Source: Bugula neritina (Eukaryota > Animalia > Bryozoa). From it: a stretch of 64,000 nt of DNA. The DNA is taken from positions 5,612,741-5,676,740 of the forward strand of contig OZ037768.1 of NCBI GenBank assembly GCA_964035545.1, given 5' to 3'. Within the stretch, counting starts at the first letter, position 1; each line of letters opens with the position of its first letter. This document shows positions 12,946-24,984 of this stretch, one piece after another. The notes beneath the pieces are model-generated. The model searched no databases and was not told where the DNA came from. It saw only the letters and a program-made list of their open reading frames with translations. The position numbers and the translations under genes were made by a program.

Positions 12946-13781
12946 AACAAAAACCCCTTTTTATCAGGAATTTTTCACAGGAATGGTGACTATAAACTTG
13001 CCTGAGTTTTATTAGTAATAATTGAAGTATCACACTATCATTTATGAGTTGTGGTTTATAGCTAGACTAATACTAAATCTAATGGTAAACATAATAATGA
13101 AAATATTAATTTGAGACTGTTGGTGTTATATTTATGCAAATGATTATAATAATAATTGTTGCACTAATCGCCAACACCATTATTAGGGTGATGAGTGTTG
13201 TATAAAAATTTTTATTGTTGGTAACTTTATGATACTTCAACCACACTTTAACTGATTAATTATTTTGGTAAATCAAATCGAATGGTCATAACTATAGCTA
13301 TAATCATAGTAGGAGTAAATATTAATATAAAAATAATGTGTTCATGAATGAAAATAATATTTATACTAATAACTGTAAGTATTATAATTGAATACTAGAG
13401 TAGTATATTTTTTATAAACTTAAAATAAATAGCACAATTTAGTTTGCATTTTTTAGGATTTTATTACCATTGCTCAAAAAAGCCAAAATAATCTTTAATC
13501 ACCAGTTGTATATAAGTGAAACTTGTAATTGTGTAAAAAGTAGCACATTTAATTGATGCTGTTGTAAAAGAAATCTTTAAATGCAATTTACAATTTTGTA
13601 TTGTGTGAAGATTTTCATAATTTAATTGCTGTGTGATTTATCATCATATATATTTAGACTTCTGGACAATTGCTTTGGTTACAGCAGTTCATATTCTTAT
13701 CTCTTGTAGATTAAAAGCCAACAGCATTAATTAATTTGATGTTCTTCTCAAGGAAGAGTTGAGCAATTGCCGTTGTTGGAA

Positions 13782-16700
13782 ATGATTGAAGGTGATTTAA
13801 CAGTTGCTCAATTGCAGCTGCTAAAAGCAAGAGCCACAAATTTTGCGCATTTTAAACCTCATAACATACTCTCTTCTGAGCACGGACTACTCAACAGAGA
13901 TATCGACCAGTGTCTAGCATTTGGACTTGTAAGTAGAACCAGTTTCTTACATTTTATAGTGACAATCTGAATTAAAGCACAGCCTTTTAAACTAATTTAT
14001 ACATCATTTTGCAGCTAAAACATGGCTATGATGAAAGTCTACCGGGAGAATTGAGTAGTTCCGTCTTTGTTCCCTTCAACAAGTGTCTAGTACACTGTAT
14101 GCAGAACGGTGTAAATCAAAATAAAGAGTTCTGTGAGATATGTGATAGCATTAGTGACTTAGCTAAACACTCCTCATCTTGCTGCGGGCACCCTGAAGCA
14201 TGCCCTACCTGCAAGACTTTCTTCAATGTTCTGGAGTATCATCTGCTCAAGTGTTATGCCTGTGATATGCATTTATGTGTGAAACTGAAACTAAAACTAC
14301 TGAAGCACTCAGCTTCAGCTAGTAATGGAGGATTGGTAGACCTGTGGCCAAAAATACAGCAGTATATCTCTAGATTATTTCCTTTGTCGGAAGAAGACAA
14401 ATCTTGTGAGAAGTGCACTAGTGTCCCATTATTAAACAGTAAACAAGGTAGGTTTGTGCTGTAGTATTGTGTGTATGTGAGTGTGATATGAGAAAGGCAG
14501 TTTATGGTATTGACATACAGATGATATTATAGAGTGCTCTAACACTAAGTAAGTATATTAATAGAAATTATTAGAGATAAAGCACAATAGATATCAAACT
14601 TAAAACACTTTATTGCAAAATGAGTTGGTGAATGTAACCCACTCTCCAGGTGCATTGTGTATAAAAAGTGTTTTATTACAGATTATATAAAAGTTACCTG
14701 CTTGTTTCTCATGATTTGTTTAATTCCAGTGCCCAATTATCTTATTGATTCGCTTTTCTCTATTAAATTTTTAGCTTTGAATCGATATCCAAGTGTTTTT
14801 GACTCGGCTACGCCACCAGCTAGTCCTGGGGTAGTTTCGAGAGGGTTGGATCAGGAGAAGGGATCTGTGGATTATCCAGCAGGTAAAGTTTATAAGTAAC
14901 GGTTTTCCTGTAATTGCTTCAGGAAATTACGAAAGTTTAGTGTAGAGCAAATTATTTTCATATGTCAGATAAACTTTTATTCGACTGTTTCTATAGAAGA
15001 GCAGTTGCTGCTTGTAGTTGTGTCATTCCTAATCATATTTTAGCTGATGTGAATCGAAAAGCTGCGAGTGAGAATCACATTAACGAGTACCACAGGGGAA
15101 TGGATGACCTTAGCAGAATAGTAGAAGTAAGTGTAGAATGATATGTGTCGTTAGGTACGTGTCTAGTTGCTACTGTTGTTACTCACATCTACTGTAATGT
15201 GTAATCAATATAATTTTTCATCGGTATCAAGTAAACAATGCTACACTTTATTAGCCTGTAATTTAATTTATGAAATAGATAGTTTTTTTTAATTATTAGA
15301 ATATATATTGTTATCTTTCAAGATAGTTTCAGTTGAGAAATTTTCATTTTCGTTTAAAGCTAATAGTTTTCTGTGGTGTAGGGAGAAAGACACTTTTCAT
15401 TAATGTTTGAGTTGTCTGCCGCATGATTGTCAGACTATAAGTGCTTATAAAATCATTTTGCTTTACCAGCTTCGCAGCACATTTATTGCTACTGGAAGTA
15501 AACTTTGTGGTTAGAAAATGTCACTAATCATAGACCAACCAGAACTAAAGAAGAGCAACTAACGGCTGACTGGTTGACTATCATATAGTTGTGAATACAC
15601 TAGTCCTAGTTTGCAGATGGAAAGTATGTCATTATTTGATTGTAGGAACCACTCAACAGGCCACTCCCCCCAATACCAAACTATTCTAGTGATAATTCAG
15701 TGTTTATGGGTGGAGCTGCAGCCACAGGATATAGCAATGATGTCTACATGTCCACTGACTTGTCTTCACTGTCCTCTCTTACGCTAAGCTCAATTGGCAC
15801 TAGGTATAACTCTGTAATCTGTAATCCCATTGCCAATCTCTTTAATGAACTATGGTTCAAACTGGGATAAACTCTAGCTTTCTACTTTTAAACTAATATG
15901 TTGCATATTATACATTAACAGCTACATACAGAATGCTTATGCCTCATTTGGAATAATCTAGTGTTAAATCAGAGTTATGGTATAATGTAACCTACTCTAA
16001 TACTCTGACGCAAGAATAGTTTCTGTTTTAATTGATATTGCAAAAAAATATTTTTCAGCTTACCCAGTTGTTCTTTTTATTTAATTCTACTTCAGGTTGA
16101 AAGCAAGCGAAGGGTTTGGCAGTGTTATAATGGGTGAGCCGAGACAACTGAGAACCTTGGCTGATCACTGGAACAGTCTGAAAATCCAGATGAGCGGCTG
16201 TCTGTCTGGGCAGCCTACCTGCCACACTGACTATGATGGTGTCATCCTAAATGGCAAGGTACTCTGAACATGTCTCTTTTATTGGGCAGGGGTCAGTCAT
16301 AGTATTCGGTTATGTGTGGGCTAGTGAACCATCCTGATATAGCCACTATATACAGATTAAGCCAAGTGTGCTTGTGTGTGGTGTATAATATAAACGTATG
16401 ATATATAACACATAAATAATGTTGAATATGATTATGTCTAATGCTGTTGATGAGATTATATAAACCTGTTTTAATCATTTTGGACACATTTGAATATTTC
16501 AGTTATTTTTGAACAAAGAATAGAGGAGGACTATGTACTTAGTATATCAGACTTAATCTAATTTTGAATGATGAACTGCTCAGAGAATAAAACTATTGAT
16601 GTTAATCAATATGCATTGCCAAAGATTTCTGCTTCTTCCTAACAGAATAGTGGTATGATGGCTGTATCAGGGCAATATAAGAAGAATGAGCAGTGGAGAA

Positions 16701-19700
16701 AGATCACATATGTTGGTAGAGGTGTGGCGGGAAAGTGTTATCTTGCTGTGGATCTCCAAACCATGGCACAGTTTGCTGTGAAAAAGGTTTGTGCTCGGAG
16801 ACAGTTTAATTGTTCATGTATTGTGTTTGTAGGTGTCAATTGAATATAGAAATATTATGCAAGTTTAAAGTTGAATCTTAAAATTTTATTTGTTGTAAGG
16901 AGGTGACAATAAATGCAAATATGTCACCTCAGCTCACCTGACAATGTGTTTAAAAAGACCAATAATTAGCAAATATTTCCTTTTAGTTTTAATTAGCTAG
17001 TTTGAATTAGTTGTTAAATTAGTTGAGCTAAATCAACAATGTAGTCTAATTGAGCATTAGCTATTTCAGATTTTGTTGAACTACATGGGTGTGATAGTTG
17101 AAATTATTTTAGCACAACTCTTTTCATGCAAATTAAAAATGATTCAACTTGTACCATTCTGAGGGTAGATTGTAGTTAATGCTAGATGACAATATTAGAA
17201 TCATGAAGTATGTGGCTGCTGAAATATAAAAATATAGACAAACAAACAACTAAGGGCCAAACTTCATGTTGCGGACAGGGGAGGTGGGATTAGATATTCT
17301 TAAGTTTTATACAATCATTCAATATTTCAGTCGAAGTAGAAGTGTTCTTTACTACCTGTTGCTACTGTGTATTATAATAATGCATCCGATATGCTCTTCT
17401 TACTTTGCTGTTCTGTTAGCATACATGTTAAGTTTGTTTCCTTCTGTGTCTCTAGATTACTCTGCAAATGTATCAGCCAGAGGAGCTGGTTCTCTGGTCC
17501 GAGCTGGAACACCCCAATCTGGTACAGCTGTATGGTGCTATACGGGTGAAGAACAAGATTTACATTTTCAGCGAGTTCTACGCAGCAGGTAAATAGCAAC
17601 AGGTTTTATATTCTGTGAACTTATTGGTATAGTATAAAGATGACACGGGAGGTTTTTATGCTCCTTGATATTGTATGTCCTAATGCCCAAAATATTGTTA
17701 TCTTTTTTCAAACAACTTTTTTACAAATAGAAAATTAATTTTTTAATCTACTGAACATACTTAGATTTGGCTCTTATGCCGTTTACTAAGAGTTAGAGTT
17801 ATTTTTAACTAGTGTAATCATATGTGAAAAGTATCTGAGATTAAATTACATATACAATCTTGTCCCGAACAGGACAGAACTTGGATAAGTAAGGATAACT
17901 TGTCCAGATTGGCTAAAATATACACGTATATCTAGTTGCTAGTCATGTAAAGGCTTTCAATATGTAATTTCAGAAAATATTTTCTATATAGGGCAGAATC
18001 AATATGTGTGGTGTGTCAGCAAGTGTTTAGTGAAATTATACAATTTAACTTTTCTTTAATTACCTCAAATGGTGTAGTTTTATTTATATCTGTACAAGTC
18101 ATATTAACTTGTGTAACATGTACCTCTATGTAATACACCTTGGCACACTCGCACTCACAGGTAACATGGCTGAGTTCATTGACGGACATCGCATGCTCGA
18201 CCAATGGCTGAGTGTTTGGTTTCTCTCTCAGCTTCTGGAAGCTCTGGACTATCTCAAGAAGAAAGATATTCTTCATGAGGATATCAAAGGTAGAGACCGG
18301 AATATCTATATTTTATGGTAAAATTAGTGGTGACTGTAGATATACAGGATGGTTAAACTATTTTACAGAGATTTTAAATCATTGGTTTTTATTATTTCAT
18401 TAATTTCATAGCTAAGAAAGTGTGAAAAGTGAAGCAGCACTATAACCTGTAGAACAAAACATATGAAACGATCATGTAGTTTGGTTGTAAGAAAGTCAGC
18501 TTATGGTACTTAGAAGAAGGGGTAGTCTTGGCAGATTTTGACTGAAGGCACAGCTGGCCAGTAGCTTGGGAGGAGTTACCTTCATCTAGTTGCTTTAGTG
18601 CGATACTTTTCTGATGTCATTGCATATACATATTTGATCTCATGTTTGTCATATCAGTTTAGTCTATGAGTGTTTGTCTAGATCTATGGTGTATGTGGGT
18701 ATCTATATTTCATTTTCTAAACTTTTTTACAATTATTTGTGTTATTTTAGCCGACAACATTTTCTTAAAACCTGAGTCATTCCAAGTTGGCCTTGGAGAC
18801 TTTGGATTGTCTCGGAAGGGAAAATGCCCTCCAAATTCAAGGCCAGTTGGAGGTGATTTTATAGCAATACTCTTGCATTTGATATTTCTACATGCGTTTT
18901 ATAGCGTTTTTGCACCAGCATTGTGGTCAGCAATTTTTATATTATATTATATATTTCAAGTATACTTGGACATGGTGCTGTTATACCAAGTTATAGTCGT
19001 TAAACAAAACTATAGTAGCTCATGCAGTGTTATAAAAATTAACCTGAGGTTTGATCATAACAATCAGTTGAAGGACATTCTGGTTCATCTTGTGACAATC
19101 AACTCAACTGAAGGAGTTGACATAAAGCTGTAAAAATATATCATATACAAAAGGTATAATTTGCTCCTTTACTAAGTTTCTCCGTGAAAATTGATCTAAA
19201 GTGAGGATTCAGTTAGTAGTTGTCTATATCGAGCACCATGTATACTCAGGCCAGCAGCAATGGAGTCCAGAAAAGGCCAAGAGTGAGGGGCATGGCTATC
19301 CAGCCGATGTGTGGGCCGCAAACTGTACTTTTGTGCACATGCTATCCGGTGATCCTCCGTGGAAACGACGATTCCCAGAAGTGGTCATACTCCATTTCAA
19401 GGTGAGAAGTCTGTGTTGGCTGCATTGTGCAAATATGAAGTGATACTTATAGAAGTTATATATAGAACATTTAAGCAAGACTTCCGCTACTGTGTATTTT
19501 GCTATTATGCAGATAGCTACAGACTCTCCACCCTTGGAGGATATCCCTCCCAACCTCCAGCCTATAGTAGACCACTTGGCTAGGGCTGCTTACATAGTCA
19601 ACCCTGATGAGCGGCCCTCGGCTAGGGATCTCCTTCAACATGATTGCTTCAATATCCTTTACAATGGTTTGTTCTAGAATATCACTATACCATGAGTTCT

Positions 19701-22700
19701 TCTAGCAGTATAGTACTCGTGTTTCTAATTTTGATGGGTTTCACTCACATATTATGAGTATATATCAGTTGTAAAGAAATGCAATTACATGCGCTTTTTG
19801 TTCACATTGAGTGTTGGTAATTCGTAAGCTGGTACGTAGTGGTGTTGATATGCTATCTATAGCAAGTGTTTTCATATGTTTTGTGTCACTTGCTCTATGT
19901 GTCACATACTATATGTATCACATACTATATGTGTCACTTATTGTATGTATGCCCTATAATGTATCACCTACTATATGTATCACCTACTATATGTATCACT
20001 TATTGTATGTATGCCCTATAATGTATCACATACAATGTGTGTCAGCATATATTGTATGTGCTGACGCATATAATATGTGATAGTTACCTGGGTGCTAAGT
20101 CAGCAAAACTGTTGCAGAAGACCATTCTGACCCGGCATTCCGTAGTCACATACCGAGACTGGAAGAGGACATGGAATTTGAAGGGTACGACAGCAAAGAC
20201 TCGGTGCTTTCATTTGACGAGCTGCTGGAGGGGGTGGAGGATAAACAACGTGCCATTGACTACATCAACCAGCTCTGGTCCTCCATGGATGAAGAAGTTT
20301 GTTTATCTACTAAATACCTAGTTATATCTAACTAGTTATATACTTGTATACTAAATACTTATACCTAACTAGTTATATACTTGTATACTAAATACTTTTA
20401 CCCTATCAGTTATATAATGAATGTTGAAATAAGCAGTAGCTTTTCAAAACATCACTTCGAGTTACAGAAACTCAATGTGATGTTGTGATTAAATTGGTGC
20501 TGTGTATTATAAAGTAAAAGTCACACGGTCTTTAAATTAACCCATTAGTCTCAAAGTGTCACAACCATTCACTCCGTCTTTCTGTCAATCAGGGTGTAGT
20601 TGTGTTGGACTATTTCTATTTGAGTGTGTAACGAAGTCGGGTGTGTCATTTTATGTATACTTTTGCCAACATACACTTGATTATAGCTGTGTACAGTAAA
20701 TTTATTATTGCCATGATAATGGTTGTACTGGTATAATTATGGCAATCAAAAAAAAATCAAAAATTGTACATCTTAAATTTGATTTAACTTGAAAGATTTA
20801 AACAAAGCTGTAATGCTTAAAGGGTAGCGATTTAACTTGCAACTTACGTACTTGAATGCATGGTATTACAGATATGTATACTGTGTAAACATTGTGTGAC
20901 GCACGCGTACATATTATGTGAGATGGTTATCTTCCTAGGAGTCGGACTCTACCCGGCCGTCCCCTTCTTCTCCCTCATCAGCTTCAACTCTCCGCAAGCA
21001 GTTCTCTATTCGAGTACCACCAATGGAAAGTATCATTGAAGATGAGGAACTAAACATATCACTTGACACTTCTTCTGACATGGACTTGCAGGTTCTCTTG
21101 CTCATATATACTTCCATTCTGTTACTCATCAGTTGTCAACTTATGCAGCTGCTGTTTGTCAAGTTTTCACTACCTGTACATAGACACTAATTTTAGTTTA
21201 CTAGTCAGTTTTGGTGACTGTTTTAGGTTTTGATTACATTATTCATTACTATGTTTAATCAACTTAAACCTGGCTAGTAGCTCATCGTGGAACAGTTGAC
21301 TATATTTCATATACTATATTCTATACATTGCAACTAGTGGAATTCACAGAATATAATATTGTTGTTTAGAGGAACATTCTAGAAAGAAGGCACATGCCTG
21401 CCATCACTCCTCTTGATTTGCACAAGAGAAACTCTGCCCCCTCAGTTGATGAGAAGAGAAGCTCCTTCAGTAGCCGTAGTAACAGCAGTCCATCATCTAC
21501 CATGTCAGGGGGTGAAGGTAGCAGTGTATGCCAATTCTAGACTTTATACATACATACAAATGTAGATGTAGCAGATGTGAATAACATTCACTCAGTGTCT
21601 TTACTTGGTAAATAACTTACTGTCACTGTAAATACTATCAGTAAATAACTTACCATCACTGTAAATACTGTCTCTAAATAACTTGCTATGACAGTAAAAA
21701 CTGTTGTTTGATTCCAGCTCTATTCAACAAACGGGATACGCTACTCAAGCGTGAGACGAGTCCAGCAATCATTGTGTCTTCTTCCAGCAATGAAGAGCTA
21801 GAGGGTCTGATCGGTGAAAAGAATATATTCGACTTAAATCCCGGTAAGTCAACAAGCTGTAATTCTCATAGCTGACATGCTCTAAGTAACGCATGTGGAA
21901 GTCGGAGTAAAAACTATTCCCAGCTTTAAAGTAATTCACCACCATATGTGTAGAATATAAATTTAGAGGTTTTGTAAACACAATGTGGTGTGACAATGTT
22001 TAGCAAATGTCTATAACCCTTTTGAAATGTTTAGTTTAAAACATTGTCATGACTGAAATGTGTTGGATTTTATGCAGCCTTGTATAATTTGAATTGAATT
22101 TCTGAAGCACAATTATATTTCCACGCCTTGTAGCAACATCTGGATATGTCACTGGTCCCGACAATGGTGCTTACATGCCTGAATATGGTTTGATGTCTTC
22201 AAGCTTCCACCAACCCAATGCCAGTCTATCTAACCAGCCAGATGGCGCAAGGTACTAAAAGTATTACATAGTAGACTGTTTTTCCTAAAATTATTAATTC
22301 TGCTGCATTACTCGAAACTTATAAAAAATATTCTTCATTAGTTTTAGTGCTTCGCTGTGTGAGCCTAGCTCCCTGTGGTTGGGCTCTTCTGAACACGGTT
22401 GGAATATGGATCCTGCCGCCTCTTTGGCTTTAGCCCCAGGTTCTTATTCCGGTATGGGTGGTACTGCATCATCTGCCACAGGGCCACTCTCGTATACCAC
22501 CGCTAACGACGCCAGTTTGGCTGACAACAGAATGCATGCTATATCTCTAAAGCCAGACACCTCTGGTTTTATGGTAATTATTATCAGAGTAGTTGGATAT
22601 GCAGTTAGTTTGAATGTGCTTTATTCATGTTGTTGATGCATAGCGTACCATCTCAACCACACTAGGGTCTGTATATTTGTCTGCATTTTATTGTTCACAT

Positions 22701-24227
22701 AAAAACTGATAGTGCAACCCTGAACTGTACCCAAAAAGCTTAAAATGTAAATAAAAGCTATATTTTTCATTGATGCTATTTATAGAATGGGCAAATGGAA
22801 GAGAAGTTTGATCTTTCGTCTAGCCTACAAATACTGAAGGACTCCTATTCATGTAAGGAAAAGTTGCTAAATCTATTGCATTCATTATTCTATTTTCACT
22901 CAAGTTGAATCCAACTCGTCTTTTTAACTTGTATTCTTCCCCATCTCTATGTACACGCATTATCCTTCCTCCTACAATATTCGTTTTTTAACAGCTATAA
23001 GTATCTATTTTAATATCTGTTAAAACGGTTGCTAAATTTTTCCTAAGCAATAGTCCTTGCTAGTAATGCATGCCCTTGAAAGTTTTCATCTGAAATGGAA
23101 TCGTCTTTTCACACGCCTATGTTGCAATAATTTGTTATAAAATGTACAGTTCATTGTGTAATTTATTGTCTTACTTTTCTTATTGCTACAGTGTCATCAT
23201 CAATTGACCCCCGCTCCATTTTAACAATTGTGAATGGAATCACTCGAATAGATGCTACTGAAGTGTTGATCAGGGGAAATGAAACGTGGCAAGACATAGT
23301 AGAGCAAAACAAGAACACAGTACGCATATACTCATTTTATACAGGCTTTTCATTTTCACATTGCTAGAATACATGCCTTGGTACGTGTACTGCCATGTTT
23401 CTATACCCTCACAGCTTATGCGATCATGATGAGTTTATTCTCGTCTCTGGCCCAATACCTAGCATTGTCAATATTCAAAATGGTTTTGAAAAAATATTAT
23501 AATATGGTTTGCTTAGATTATGCTAGCCTATCTGCTGAACTCAAAATAATATTTATTTACAAAATTTATTTTAATACAATTCCATGACCCACAGTTAATA
23601 TATTGCAAATATACGGAGTAATAGGCATCAACATTACAGTAGACTGAGTAATAGGTATCAACATCACAGTAGACTGAGTAATAGGTATCAACATTACAGT
23701 AGACTGAGTAATAGGTATCAACATTACAGTAGACTGAGTAATAGGTATCAACATCACAGTAGACTGAGTAATAGGTATCAGCATCACAGTAGACTGAGTA
23801 ATAGGTATCAGCATTATAATATATTGAGCAATAGGTATCAACACCATATGTTGTGTAGCCGGTATCAGCACTGCAGTAGATTCATTATACAGTGTAGAGA
23901 TGCCAGTTTCTCTTACGCAGTTTTCTCTAGTAACATGTTATTCGTTCTTCATTAAACGGTGCAATTCATCTCCAAGTAAGATAAATCTAAATGCAATACA
24001 TATTTTAATGTAATGAACGTCAAAGAAAACTGTTGTAATGATTATTGCAGGTGATGGGTTGGAAGATAGAGGATTACACCTACTTTAAGGATCTAGAGGG
24101 TAGTTGTGAGATCAACCTTACGGATGCTGTACCCAAAGAAAAGACAAATGTTTACATTCTTCCTGCTACAGAGCACTCTACTTGGTGTGTCAGAGAGGGG
24201 AAATTGTTGAACACTCAGTTTCAATAG
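13782..24227 (+). CDS. MAP3K14: MAP3K14/NIK-like Ser/Thr kinase with N-terminal TAZ-type zinc finger; 21 coding exons, ~1076 aa
   Basis: Exons 13782-13928, 14015-14447, 14775-14882, 15044-15126, 15646-15803, 16096-16258, 16646-16786, 17456-17588, 18161-18289, 18751-18852, 19250-19401, 19513-19666, 20118-20296, 20939-21091, 21370-21517, 21718-21843, 22134-22251, 22342-22573, 22786-22852, 23192-23319 and 24051-24227 form one open frame. Kinase motifs: GRGVAG, FAVKK, HEDIKADN (non-RD), DFG, WSPE, DVW, HMLSGDPPW, KIATDSPPLEDIPP. NIK-type flanks: GSVIMGEPRQLRTLADHW...DGVILNGK...YKKNEQW (human NIK from memory: GSVSSGQAHSLTSLAKTW...EGVLLTEK...YREEVHW) and C-terminal WCVREGKLLN (human: WRVKHGQLEN). 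Confidence 0.88.
19895..20045. repeat. Degenerate tandem repeat (tatgtatcac-based) in a MAP3K14 intron
   Basis: Repeated ctatatgtatcacc/ata and cacttattgtatgtatgccctataatgtatcac blocks. Confidence 0.8.
20305..20420. repeat. Short tandem duplication right after a MAP3K14 donor
   Basis: ctaactagttatatacttgtatactaaatactt occurs twice, with partial flanking copies. Confidence 0.8.
21606..21700. repeat. Degenerate ~33-bp tandem repeat in a MAP3K14 intron
   Basis: taaataacttac(t/c)(g/a)tcactgtaaatact, about 3 diverged copies. Confidence 0.7.
23612..23880. repeat. 30-bp minisatellite (about 7-8 copies) in the last MAP3K14 intron
   Basis: agactgagtaataggtatcaacat(t/c)acagt repeated in exact 30-bp register. 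Source of the spurious MLIPITQSTV ORF. Confidence 0.95.
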
Positions 24228-24984
24228 CTATTTTTATATGACTTTTCTACTCACAATTCTGATTATACACTTATGTTCTATAAATTATATTATTTTCTTA
24301 GTTTTCTTATTTTTATTCAGGGTTTCAAGTTTGCCAATTTTGCCATTCATATGCAGGTTTTTAACTATTAACAGTTCCATGTTAAACGTTTTAGAGAATT
24401 ATTTTACTTAAAAAATACCTGCCTGCTATAGTATAATATGTTGGCTCAAATTTTATTGCAGCAATTTTATTTAATTTCCAATACAACAATGTTTACTATA
24501 TTATACAAAATTGTTGTCTAAATTTATTTTCACTTTTTCAAGTCACTACTCAACTTTCGTCACTTTATTTCAGATCCAACTTATTATGGTGACTCATACA
24601 GTGTTACGGCTATATAAGGTCATATTGTAATGCTTACAAACATTGGTAGCAATTACAGTTGTTGTTAAGGAAAAACTGTATCATACCTGAGTATAGCGTA
24701 GTTATTTATGTAAACTGTTTTATTAAAGCATTATTCTATAAGGGAAAGTATGCTTCCTCCTAATAGACATATTTTACAATTTTATAATATTCAAAGCATT
24801 TAGCAAAGTTTTAAGCAACTTGATTAAAGCTCTTGAGTTTGTTGACTTAATCTAAAGTTTGATAAGCCTGTATTAGTTCAAACTTCATTCTTTTAATTAG
24901 TGTTGCATGAGCAATACCTCTACTTCCTTGCTCTGCGCTAGACTATTGCATTTATAATCTTGGTTGGGTTTGGACAGAACTAAA

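Noticed and set aside
12960-12980. kB-like site GGAATTTTTC upstream of the NIK coding region
   Set aside because: Imperfect match to GGGRNNYYCC and expected by chance in AT-rich DNA.
23566-23871. ORF with MLIPITQSTV repeats
   Set aside because: Translation of a 30-bp intronic minisatellite, antisense to MAP3K14.
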